This document shows, piece by piece, positions 63,879-64,000 of a stretch of DNA of 64,000 nucleotides (positions are counted from its first letter, which is position 1; every line of letters starts with the position of its first letter). Source of the DNA: Antedon mediterranea (Eukaryota; Animalia; Echinodermata); assembly GCF_964355755.1 (NCBI RefSeq), contig NC_092679.1, positions 23,667,432-23,731,431 on the forward strand, read 5' to 3'. Below the pieces are notes generated by a model. It was given only the letters and a program-made list of their open reading frames with translations. It made no database searches and had not been told where the DNA came from. The position numbers and the translations under genes were made by a program.

Positions 63879-64000
63879 GTCTCAATAGACTTATAATCCA
63901 AAATGAATCGTAATATCAGATGAGAGCAGCTTTAATACTGAACAAACCACCACATCATTACAATAAAAGCTATTGTATTTTCATTGGGTTATTATGATTG

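Overview
AT-rich, intron-containing animal genomic DNA, probably invertebrate; the taxon cannot be determined from the sequence. The right half (about 33.7-64 kb) holds two tandem, minus-strand, 18-exon calpain genes with the classical CysPc-C2L/CBSW-penta-EF-hand architecture. Reconstructed by hand, each has a 2034-nt CDS (677 aa) with consistent GT-AG splice phases. In both copies all three catalytic residues are replaced (Cys->Ala, His->Ser, Asn->Ser), so they are intact pseudo-proteases. The copies are almost identical over exons 1-10 but diverged over the EF-hand exons. Each is followed by a duplicated TATA plus signal-peptide exon of an unresolved downstream gene. The left half is transposon-derived: three CR1/L2-group LINEs in the window overall, Kolobok-type TTAA elements, and a decayed DNA-transposon remnant encoding Ulp1/C48-like, PHD and SprT (HExxH) domains. 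It also has a three-level nest (Harbinger MITE > P-like element > TA-flanked element) containing two inverted 106-bp satellite arrays and a Penelope-type minimal hammerhead ribozyme. All assignments come from manual reading and motif recognition; no database searches were run.
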